Assembly (NCBI RefSeq): GCF_041146345.1
Contig: NW_027191409.1
Location: 806,001 to 870,000 of the forward strand
Length of the DNA: 64,000 nucleotides
From: Neodothiora populina
Lineage: Eukaryota
Direction of reading: 5' to 3'
Translations under genes and position numbers: made by a program
Part shown: piece after piece, positions 10,729 through 20,760 of the stretch
Layout of the letters: every line of letters starts with the position of its first letter
Position numbering within the stretch: position 1 is the first letter of the stretch
The notes under the pieces: model-generated
The model's input: only the letters and a program-made list of their open reading frames with translations
Told to the model about the DNA's origin: nothing
Databases searched by the model: none

Positions 10729-12843
10729 TTTCGCACTCGCGAAATGTGCAGCATGCACACTGATCTACTGGGGGGTAATTTTCTTTTTGGATGGACTGAA
10801 TACCCGGCAAACATGCGGGGAGAGAGAGCAGCTCTGTCGATCCACTTAACGTAAAAGAACAAGGGTCTGGCCAAGCAGCACACCAAGCACGAGCGTGTGG
10901 AAGATGGGTTCAGATAGGGCAGCAGTGATCCGAAGTCAAGAAATAATAATTATTGGTATATCTCTCGTCTTGCAGGGACCACACTTCAACAATCCAGGCA
11001 CAGATTAGGTATGGGAGAGAGAGAAAAAGGGTAAGATTGCATATAGCGCGCGTCAAAAAAGAAGACTCTGGGAGTAGGCAAGGTAAGGGTAGGTTGGGAA
11101 GAGGATAAAGAGGGAGGAGGGGTTCGTGCAGATGACATTATTTGCTCCCTCTCACCCTCCCCCCATGCACCACCCAACCCACTCTCTGCCGGCCGCCCGG
11201 TCGGCCATGGTTGATTGCAGATGATGTTACGCAACAAAACGAGGCTGGTGCTTTTTTCCCTTTGCTTTGCACATCACCAGAACAGAAAATAGACGCCCCC
11301 CAGCCATCAGCCACGAAAAGCACAGCCAGCCAGCAAGCAAGCTAGCTTAGGCTCCAGCACATGCATACCGCAACACGAACATAGCGAACTCACTCAGGGC
11401 ATTGCACTCCTACGCCAAAGGACCGTTTCGCAATGGCCCCTTTGACTTTGCACTTTAGTTTTACCCTGGGCTCTGTGCCAAGTTTCCAAGCCCAGCCCTA
11501 AAGCTTAGTTATGCGCTCTGAGGTCATCAGCCGCCTTTCCCTCTGCGATTGCACGCACCCCCCCGTTGACGGAAGATCTATCGTCAAGTTTTTGCGTACT
11601 TCCGTCCCGGCACGGAACTGCTACTACTGCTAATACTCTTAGACTTGTTACAGCACTTGTATATATAGCGAGACCTCGTCTACGCGGATCTCGGCGCGAA
11701 GAGGTCGATCTCTGCCAAGGCACGGTGGATGTACCGTATTGTAAGCAGGATCACAGCGACATTGCTGCTGCACATGGGTAAATCGGATCTTGAATGTCTT
11801 TCGCAAGCTGCAGCAAGCAAGCACGCAAGCAAGGCACTGATGATTATTAAACGGCCGGCGAGCCGGCAGGGCAAGTGAGTGGATCACGAGTCCGTCGGCT
11901 GCGAGAGGAATCTGTTGCGAAAACGATGCGCTATGCCGACATGCTAAGTATGCATATCGCGTGTTTCCCATATCCTGATTAGACTGCTTTACCCTCTTGG
12001 TTTGGAAAAAAAAAACTCCGAGCTGTGGCTTGCACCACCGCACCGCACCGCACTTCTCCCCATGACTCTTTCGAGCTATTGCAACTTCGAATAATACGCG
12101 TCTCCACTATCCGTTCGGTTGTCCGAGTCAGTTATTCATATTTTGTGATAATGAGACCGCAGAAGCACAGTGCAAAGTACGTAAAGTAAGTTGTAGCTAG
12201 CTAGGTAGATAGGCGAAGATAAATCTTCATTCTCTGCGAAATGAGATCATATACACTAGCTTGCCCTTGTCAATCGCTTTTGGATGAATCGTATAGGTAG
12301 TAACACTGTTTGATGGAAAAGTCTCGAGATCCGCAAGTCCTTTGTACTGTACAGAGTTTGTGAACATGACTTGCTACCCACAAGTTTCTGGACTAAGAGT
12401 ACAATCTCATGCGTGTCATACGAGCCAGGAGTCGACTTTGGAGCTTCCTTTTGAACCTTGAAATGGTGAGCTCAATTACGAACTTTGGTAGTGGGTTTCG
12501 GGGAAAAAAAAGATAATTAAGGTGGACGCGTATAGTGGCTTGAATGGTGATGATATTGTGATTTGATGAAATCGGATTCATAGTAATTTAATCTAAGGTG
12601 ATATGACCAAGTTCCACGACGCTTCCGAGGAAACGGTAACCAAATTGTACAGCATACATCCATGCGGCCTTGTCGCACAATTGAAAATATAACGAGCCAG
12701 TATATGATAAATCGAGTGTACTGTAATCACATGCTAAGTCTTGAGTCTACCTTTTGATAATATAGTTATTATGGTACATGAGAACGTCTAAAAACAATGA
12801 TGACCTTAAACAAATTTTCTCTGTCCTGCACGCACTACCTGAC

Positions 12844-14094
12844 TCACTCCTGCTCCTTCAAACTATGGAGGATCAACCGCTTGTAACCCTCAACTGCCTC
12901 CTCCAATTCTCCCACAGTGATTGCCTCATGATCCGAGTGAGCGACCAGAATACTACCAGGACCGTAGAGATATCTCTTCTGGCCCTCGACAGTCTGCTCA
13001 AAGTTTGGGATGTCCGTGCCGTAGTTGACTGTGAAAGTCTCGAACCCTTCGACATCATGGTCAATGTCGACGGGCGCATATCCAGCGCTAGCCCATTGGA
13101 ATTCAATGACCTCGTCGTCATCTCGTGATTGATACTCCTTGACTGCAGCGGTGATCGCTTTCGTGATGTTCGCCTTGATGCCCTCGGGAGTGCCAGCAGC
13201 GATGCGCACAGCGATCTTGGCCGATGCGGTTTCAGCCACCACGTTGGCAGCCACTCCACCGTCTATCCTGCCCAGATTGATGGTCGTCTGGCCGTACTTG
13301 TCGCTAGTTGGGAGTTTAGCCCCGACGTCCATGAGAGCGCTCAATGCCTTGACCATGATCTCGTTGGCGGAACGACCCAGCCACGGGTAACCACTATGGG
13401 AAGCTTTGCCCTTAGCAACGATTGTGAAGCCTAGCATGCCCTTGTGTCCTGCAGCAAGCTTGCCTTCGGTCGGCTCGCCGAAGATGATTGTGTCTGGTGT
13501 GAGCTTGAGGCTGTTCGCCGCCCTCATGCCGTCGCCGCTCACTTCCTCACCCACAACGTAGAGAAGATTGACATCGTCAGCATCCACGTGGCCATCAGAT
13601 ATCAGCTTCGTTGTCGCAATGATCTGCGCAGCGACTGACGCCTTCGCGTCCACGGATCCTCGGCCCGTGATGACGGTATCTGTGTCATTGCTGTGCACGC
13701 CATAAGGATAGAATGGAGGAACGGTGTCAATGTGCGAAGTGATCAATGTCCTTGCGTTGCGATTCTTTCCAGGCCATGCTAAAACATTGTAGCGATCAGT
13801 GTCCTCGAGTTGCTGTAATTCAGTACTGTAGCCCTTTGCCTCCAGCGTTGAAGCCAGCCACTTTGATATGTTGTATTCGGTGTAAGACACCGACGGAATT
13901 GACACAAGACTTTTGTGCAGATCGATCAGGTCAAACGGCTGCGCTTCGCTCGGCCGAATAGAGTGCTTATTTGATGATGGCAATGATGCATCAAAGATAG
14001 GAAGGATATCTAGAGGGCGCTGGGGATCCAAGGAAGGAGCTGCGGCGGACAGTGTCGCCAGCCACGCCAGGCAAGCCACATTGACGGAGCGCAT
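12844..14094 (-). CDS. Secreted or vacuolar M20 family metallopeptidase (ArgE/DapE-like)
   Basis: Signal peptide MRSVNVACLAWLATLSAA; metal-binding motifs SHIDTVPP, GRGSVDAKAS, VGEE, FGEPTE, GKASHSGYPWLG, AHSDHE. Confidence 0.9.
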   Translation of the reverse strand: MRSVNVACLAWLATLSAAAPSLDPQRPLDILPIFDASLPSSNKHSIRPSEAQPFDLIDLHKSLVSIPSVSYTEYNISKWLASTLEAKGYSTELQQLEDTDRYNVLAWPGKNRNARTLITSHIDTVPPFYPYGVHSNDTDTVITGRGSVDAKASVAAQIIATTKLISDGHVDADDVNLLYVVGEEVSGDGMRAANSLKLTPDTIIFGEPTEGKLAAGHKGMLGFTIVAKGKASHSGYPWLGRSANEIMVKALSALMDVGAKLPTSDKYGQTTINLGRIDGGVAANVVAETASAKIAVRIAAGTPEGIKANITKAITAAVKEYQSRDDDEVIEFQWASAGYAPVDIDHDVEGFETFTVNYGTDIPNFEQTVEGQKRYLYGPGSILVAHSDHEAITVGELEEAVEGYKRLILHSLKEQE

Positions 14095-14544
14095 AATTGG
14101 CCAGGTATCACGAGCACTCGATATTGCAGTGTACAACTTTGTAAGCACAGGAATTGACGCAGTGGAAATAGAATGAAGTCAAGAGCACAATAAAGCATGG
14201 TATGAATGTGACTAGCACAATTGTGGGAGAAGTGTGGAGTCGTCCAAATGAGGAAGGAAGTCGGCCAGCTAGCGGCGACGCTGCTACGACAGTACAGTAC
14301 AATTCTGTAAGAGTCAGATAATCGCAAATGGTCACCAGCACAATACGTATATGGACGGTATAGTAGATCTCGCAGAGTCGTTCTGATCCGAGGCTTGCAC
14401 GAACACATGACAACACCCACACTTGCAAATTTCTGTCTTCGCAATGCTAAAAGTACACCGGCCAGTTCGATGAATGAACATTTTCGCATGTATAGATTAT
14501 AACATGCTGCAAAGGACGTGGCATCCAACCCTCGCAACACAACC

Positions 14545-15288
14545 CTATGAGGAGACCTTATTAGCGAGGTCCTTGGCCTCAGCCTTGGCCTTGCCGGCAA
14601 GGTCCACAGCCTGTGACTTTGCTTGAGCGGCGAGATCGCTAGCCTTGTCGGCGATACCTGCTCCCTCGGCCTTTGCCTTTGCGGCCAGAGAGGCCTCCCG
14701 ACCGCCGAACTTCCAGTAGTTCAGGTATCTGTATCCTTGCACACTTTGCGCGGTGAAGTTGACGAGATGGCAGCCGAAGAGGAGGTAGTTTGGTGGGGAG
14801 ACGGCGAATGCGTAACGCATGAAGGTGGCTGAGTATGCAACAAGGGCACCGGTCATAGGTCCAGAAACACTGTAGTTGAGTTTTATGTCAGCACTGCCGA
14901 GTCTCTCGATAGTCATTGAATGATGCGCAGCGAGCTTCGTGACATGTCTTCGCAGGGCGAGATCGGGTGTTGGGGGAGGAGGGGTGGACTGATGCGCACA
15001 TCTCGGGGTCTTTTTGCGTGTCCATGACAGCGGCCAGAGGGATACCAAAGTTGGAGGCAGGACCCCAGAAGTCTGCGAGGTAACCATGATGGTCAGTATG
15101 TGTTTTGCCGACAAGCGCATCTTGCTCTTTTTCTCTTGTTTGCGCGCACTGCAGGAACGCACCCAGCCGGACTCGCGGCAGTGCGGAGAATGGTAACGGT
15201 GGTGGTGGGACTCACGGGTCGAACAGATGTAATCCGTGTAAGGGTTTGACCTGATTTTGGCATTGAGGGCTTTGATTGCGGCGGCCAT
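14545..15288 (-). CDS. MPC1: Mitochondrial pyruvate carrier subunit 1 (exons 15288-15216, 15072-15000, 14869-14545)
   Basis: Spliced product MAAAIKALNAKIRSNPYTDYICSTHFWGPASNFGIPLAAVMDTQKDPEIVSGPMTGALVAYSATFMRYAFAVSPPNYLLFGCH...QGYRY. Confidence 0.93.
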   Translation of the reverse strand: MAAAIKALNAKIRSNPYTDYICSTRESHHHRYHSPHCRESGWVRSCSARKQEKKSKMRLSAKHILTIMVTSQTSGVLPPTLVSLWPLSWTRKKTPRCAHQSTPPPPTPDLALRRHVTKLAAHHSMTIERLGSADIKLNYSVSGPMTGALVAYSATFMRYAFAVSPPNYLLFGCHLVNFTAQSVQGYRYLNYWKFGGREASLAAKAKAEGAGIADKASDLAAQAKSQAVDLAGKAKAEAKDLANKVSS

Positions 15289-15875
15289 CTTGACTGGATT
15301 GAGCGGGATAAATATGTCAAGCGAGCGAAATGTGGTATGAGAATGAAGCGACGATAGAATGGTCAGCTTTCGGCGTTGAAGGGTCAGCAACCAGAACCAG
15401 AACCAAACTCCGACTTGCGGATGCTCGAGCGCTGACGGGCTTCGGACCGGAAAGCGGAGATAATTCTTGATAATAATCCTACAGCATCACGTGTGTCGTA
15501 TAACAGATGTATAAACTAAATCATCATTTGGAACAATTGTTTTAATTCTGTCATGCGCCGACAAGGAGCTTTTGAAAGTATATTCATACACCCTGCGCCC
15601 TTTTTTGGTGGTTATGAAGGTGCGATAGCAGATTGATCCATCCATAACATCACTTCTAATCTCGACCCCCTTGTAACGCCTGCGACCCAGGTCGCGTGTG
15701 CAGACTGTGACGTGAACCTTTTTGAAAACCAGTCAATCACCGTCACCGCTTTTCGGGCCAACTACACGCAGGTGTGGCGGCTTGCAGACAAGAATTTTCA
15801 GGAAACTTTCTTATTGTGTCAGAAAACCTGCAGCTTCAAACTCGTAGACGCTTGAGGTGCTCGTCCGCAACTATC

Positions 15876-16815
15876 TCAACGGAACCCAGGTGGTGGGCCA
15901 CCAAAGCCCCTGCCAGCGCCTGGTGGAGGTTGGAAGCCAGCTAGATTGTCAAGTCAGTATTCTGCTTGTATGTTGCCATGTAGGATCACTTACGAGGAGC
16001 ACCGCCTGGTGGTGCGCCAAAACCGGGAGGGGCTCCAAAGCCAGCTACATGGAAAGTCAGTCGAGTGTCACACCCAGTACATTCTATCGTGAGACTTACG
16101 AGGAGCACCTCTGCCAGGCGCAAATCCAGGAGGAGCGGCACCCGGGAATCCACCAGGTGGAGGAGGGAAGCCGAATCCAGGAGCGCCTACACCTGCTGCA
16201 GGGCCGGTGAGACCGGTGGGGAGGCCTCTGCCTGCTGGACGACTGATACCAGGACCAGCACTGATTGATGGCGGTGCAGCACCACCGACACCAGAATCCT
16301 TGCCCAAGCGCGCCGAAGGGTCTGCGGGAGGGGGTCCTTCTACCGTACTCGCCACGACATGTGCTCCGCGGATGATGGTAAGACCCAGGGTGCGCTTCTC
16401 TTCCGTCTCGACAAAGGCAGGCTCGGCGGCTCCTGGTGCAGCTGATTTCGTGGGCTTGCGCTTGACGCGGCGGAACTCTTCTGTATCGGCGAGGACGAGG
16501 TTCATGTGCTAGACTGTGATCAATAAAGGAGCCGACCCGTTGGAAGCGCGAAGCTGCCCACCTTGTCAAAAGCAAGCATCTGTCCGGCCATCTGTCTACC
16601 GTCGACCATGGTGATGCGAAGGCGATAGTTGATCTGAATGATTCATGTTAGACTTGTGCGCGCGGTGCAACAAGAGGAAGTTGAGCCTCACCAAGCCTTG
16701 CTAGATACGAAAACCAGTTAGCTGTCTCCGGTCAATTCACCATACTTGGACCTTGCGATCTGAGCCTGCTGCGAGTGAGGGAGCTTACCATCTTTCCCTG
16801 CTTGTTTGCCGCCAT
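15876..16815 (-). CDS. SMB1: Small nuclear ribonucleoprotein SmB (6 exons)
   Basis: [50 protein letters not shown]...[13 protein letters not shown]...VEGPPP, followed by a Pro/Gly-rich tail. Confidence 0.93.
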
Positions 16816-17312
16816 CTTGACTGGCTGATGCGCACTGGCGCAGTGCTAGGAGAGAGTGGGAGAGGAGGTGCGAGCGTGGGATCCAGAATCTATGGGAGGC
16901 GAAAGTTGTTGAACAAGGCGATGCTTGTTGCAGCAGCAGTGGTGTATGATTTCTGGTGACGCTGTAGGGTATAAGCTATGGCAGGACGATAATGCGACAC
17001 GCGCATTGATGTTCTTTGACGGCGTAACACCAGAACTCAAGCACTTGCACTTGCACTTGCAGCAGAGCTGATGCCAAGAATCAGCATCAGCCAGACAGAC
17101 GCTCGAGAGACCGGAGACCGGACACCTGACCTGAGAGGCCTGAAGGTGCAGAAGAATTGCTTGGCAGTCCCCGGGCTCTTCTTCGGCAAAGCCCGAGACG
17201 CACAATCCTCGATTCAAACATTTCGCTGCCTCTGTCTGCCATTTGATCTTCTTTCGCACCCAGCGACTTCGACCACCCACCCCGTCAATTTTCATCGCCA
17301 AATACCGTCCAA

Positions 17313-18175
17313 ATGGTGAGACTCACTGCCTCGTATCTATCGCACGCACAGCAAGAGGAGGATGGAATAGATGGAAGTTCTATTCACGTTTGCGGCCAAG
17401 GCAGAAGAGACCCAACCCGGGCGTGATAGATGCTTGCATCTTGGATCACACACGGCATTCGCAAGAATGTTTTGAAATACACGCACAGAACACTCGATGC
17501 GCTCATGCGCTCTCGCAGCCATGGTGCCATCGAGTGCAGGTGAAGAATTGCTTGCTGATGCAGAAACCACAGGCTTCCACCACCGAGACCGGCAAGGACA
17601 AGTCCGCCAACCCCATGCGTGAGCTGCGCATCCAGAAGCTCGTCCTCAACATCTCCGTTGGCGAGTCTGGTGACAGACTTACCCGTGCCGCCAAGGTGCT
17701 CGAGCAGCTTTCCGGTCAGACCCCCGTCTACTCCAAGGCCCGTTACACCGTCCGTACCTTCGGTATCCGTCGTAACGAGAAGATCGCTGTCCACGTCACC
17801 GTCCGTGGCCCCAAGGCCGAGGAGATCCTCGAGCGTGGCCTCAAGGTCAAGGAGTACGAGCTCCGCCGCCGTAACTTCTCCAAGACCGGCAACTTCGGTT
17901 TCGGTATCTCCGAGCACATCGATCTTGGTATCAAGTACGACCCTGCAATCGGTATCTACGGAATGGACTTCTACATCTGCATGTGCGTGTCATCTTTTCT
18001 TCCTCAGCATTTCCCTTGGAGGTCATGTACTGACCTGTAACTGTTCAGGACCCGTCCCGGTGAGCGTGTTGCCCGCCGTCGTCGCGCCCAGGCCAAGGTC
18101 GGTGCTTCTCACCGCATCAACAACCTCGAGACCATCAAGTGGTACAAGAACCGCTTCGAGGGAATTGTCCGATAA
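17313..18175 (+). CDS. RPL11: 60S ribosomal protein uL5/L11 (exons 17313-17315, 17573-17982, 18049-18175)
   Basis: [67 protein letters not shown]...[11 protein letters not shown]; strong codon bias; the first coding exon is the ATG alone. Confidence 0.97.
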
Positions 18176-19311
18176 ACGGATCGCTCTTGGTTCGAGGCAG
18201 ATGGTAAAAATGAGGTGCACGAGCTGGGAGATATAGCCAAAGGACATGATTGCCTTTTCTTTCTGCGAGTCAAAAAACTGGTGTTGGCGTCGGGATGGGA
18301 ATTGCAAGTGTATCTGCCCATATACACAAAACACGAAAACAGCGCAAAGCTTTTTCAAAACGGCCTATCGGAGCTTTTTAGTTCTCCTGAATGAACAAGA
18401 TCATGACGATGGAGGCGTCACACGAATGACAAGCCGCATAACCATCGATCGCTGTTCTTCATTTGCATTTTTGTTTTTTTTGGGTTTCAAGTGAATGCTC
18501 GTCGAGACTCTCTTCGTCCACGTAAACTCTGAGGTGAGTCGGAACCGCTGTGCAAGTGGCATCACACATTCCACGTATATGTCTCGTGACCACCGAGGTT
18601 GTACATGATCCTGAAGTTCAAAGATTTGCGATTTCTTCATCAGAGGCTCGATCTTGGCGGCTTAGATGGGCATGCCGTCTGCTGTTCATGACCAATGCTA
18701 CCAAGTCTTGCATTCATCTCCCAGTAAATAGGTCCCGACGTCAGGTCGTTCTTGGAGCGAGCAGACATGTGGCATTACACGATGAAAGTGGACTTGTTCT
18801 TCTCGATGGTATCACTTCTCATGCTGCATGGCATCGTTAGAAAACGGATTCGGTTCTATATTCAAGAAGTTCTGATCTATATGTCTGACGTGCAAGTATT
18901 TTGTCTACATTCACCTCAAGACATGTGCACAGATACAGACCAACAAGTACACGTATTGCGGGGTGGCGAGCTTGGGTTCGTTTAGTCCCCAGAGTACTTT
19001 GTACCACCGCCATCTAATATTATCAAGAACACCCCATTCTCCGGACTCGAAGCCTATCTCTATGCTGCGGTATAGGGGGTTACATCGCCCTATCTGCAGC
19101 CGACCTTGGCCGATGTCTCCAACAGTGTTGAGTAGGCATGACTCAGAGTAGAGTTCAAATCAAGTATTATCTTCTTCTCAAGTGATCAGACCAATATCTA
19201 AACATTCCTCATCATCCACTATAAAACTACACGTGTGACTTTCGTATTGATAGTCAACAAGAACTCGACAAAAGCCGTATCATTATCATCCTAGCAGTGA
19301 TTGAAACAAGC

Positions 19312-20634
19312 ATGGCGGAATCCAAAAGCTCAGTCCTCATCGTAGGCGCCGGCGTCCTCGGCGCAAGCACAGCATATCATCTCATAACCACCTCCCCCAC
19401 TCTTGACATCACAGTGCTAGACCGCACTCCCTTCCCCCCAGCACCAGCAGCAAGTACCGACATCAACAAGATTGTCCGCGCAGACTATTCCTCTCCCTTC
19501 TACGCGGACCTGGCCTACGAAGCCATCGAAGCCTGGCGGACATGGCCTGAACTGCGTGATCTCTACCATCAGACAGGCTGGCTGCTGCTAAGTGAACAAG
19601 GCAACGAGACGGCCGAGCGCAACAGGAAAGTCTTCCGTGACAGGGGCCATGATCCCACTTCAGACGTGACGCTTTCGGAAATAGAATCCGACCCGCGATG
19701 GAGCAGTCTGCTCTCAGGAGCAGATCTGAAGGGCTTCAAAGACGCGTACTGGAACCCCGAAGCAGGCTGGTGTGAAGCGTCCGCAGCCACGGCGGCGATG
19801 ATGCAGGCGGCAGTGAACAAGGGAGTCAAGTACGTCTGCGGCGACGTGTCCTCTCTCCTCATCGACCCGGACAACAAAGCCGGTGGTCTGCGCGGCATAA
19901 AGACCAGCTCAGGCGCTATCCACCACGCCGACAAAATCGTCCTCGCCACAGGCGCATGGACAAGCTCCCTGATGAGCCCCCTAGAAGACCAACTATCCGT
20001 CCCACCCGACGCCCGCACCGAAACCCAAGTGACGGCCGCCGCAGTCTGCGTAACGCACTACAAACTCACCCCTCCAGAAATGTCGGGCCTATCCACCTCC
20101 AAAATGCCCGTGATCGTGTACGGCGAGAACGGCGAAGCCATCCCCCCGCCCAGCGAAAACCAGCTTCTGAAATTCACAAACTCGCGCTCAGTGAAAAACA
20201 CCATCACGACGTCCTCAGGCGCGATCATCACCGCTCCGCCATCCGCAGAATACGCCGACCAGGAAGTCGTGCCGAAGAAGCTGCAGCGCGACTGTCTGGA
20301 CCGCATTGCGGGGCGCGTGATGCCGCTTTTCACCGCGCATAAGGAACCGGCGTTTTTTCGCCTGTGCTGGGACTCGTTCACGCCGTCGCAGGATTGGTTG
20401 CTCTGCGCGCATCCGGATCCGAGACTGCGGAATCTGTTCTTTGCTGTTGGGGGCAGCTTTCATACGTATAAGTTCTTGCCTACTGTGGGCAAGTATATGT
20501 GTAAGGTGCTGAGTGGCGAGGGGAACGGAGAGGTCATGGATAAGGCTTGGGGGTGGAAGAAGAGTGGGTCGGCGGGGAGGGGAGCGCATGAGGCTACGGT
20601 GCCGACGAGGGAGTTGAGCGAGTTTGACGATTAG
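19312..20634 (+). CDS. FAD-dependent oxidoreductase, sarcosine/L-pipecolate/fructosyl-amino-acid oxidase family
   Basis: VLIVGAGVLG (GxGxxG), AASTDINKIVRADY, VLATGAWT, RLCWD (flavinylation Cys position), GGSFHTYKFLP. Confidence 0.9.
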   Translation: MAESKSSVLIVGAGVLGASTAYHLITTSPTLDITVLDRTPFPPAPAASTDINKIVRADYSSPFYADLAYEAIEAWRTWPELRDLYHQTGWLLLSEQGNETAERNRKVFRDRGHDPTSDVTLSEIESDPRWSSLLSGADLKGFKDAYWNPEAGWCEASAATAAMMQAAVNKGVKYVCGDVSSLLIDPDNKAGGLRGIKTSSGAIHHADKIVLATGAWTSSLMSPLEDQLSVPPDARTETQVTAAAVCVTHYKLTPPEMSGLSTSKMPVIVYGENGEAIPPPSENQLLKFTNSRSVKNTITTSSGAIITAPPSAEYADQEVVPKKLQRDCLDRIAGRVMPLFTAHKEPAFFRLCWDSFTPSQDWLLCAHPDPRLRNLFFAVGGSFHTYKFLPTVGKYMCKVLSGEGNGEVMDKAWGWKKSGSAGRGAHEATVPTRELSEFDD

Positions 20635-20760
20635 AGGTATTGAGTCGTAGAGCTCCCACTGTGAGAAAACTCACTTCCATTAAAAACAGATTACAAGTTG
20701 TCGTGAAGTTATACATATGATCATAGCCACATCCGTGCAAGGCCGTTCGTCGCCGAATCT

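Noticed and set aside
17316..17572. Intronic snoRNA in RPL11 intron 1
   Set aside because: No convincing C box (RTGATGA)/D box pair with terminal stem, and no H/ACA layout visible.
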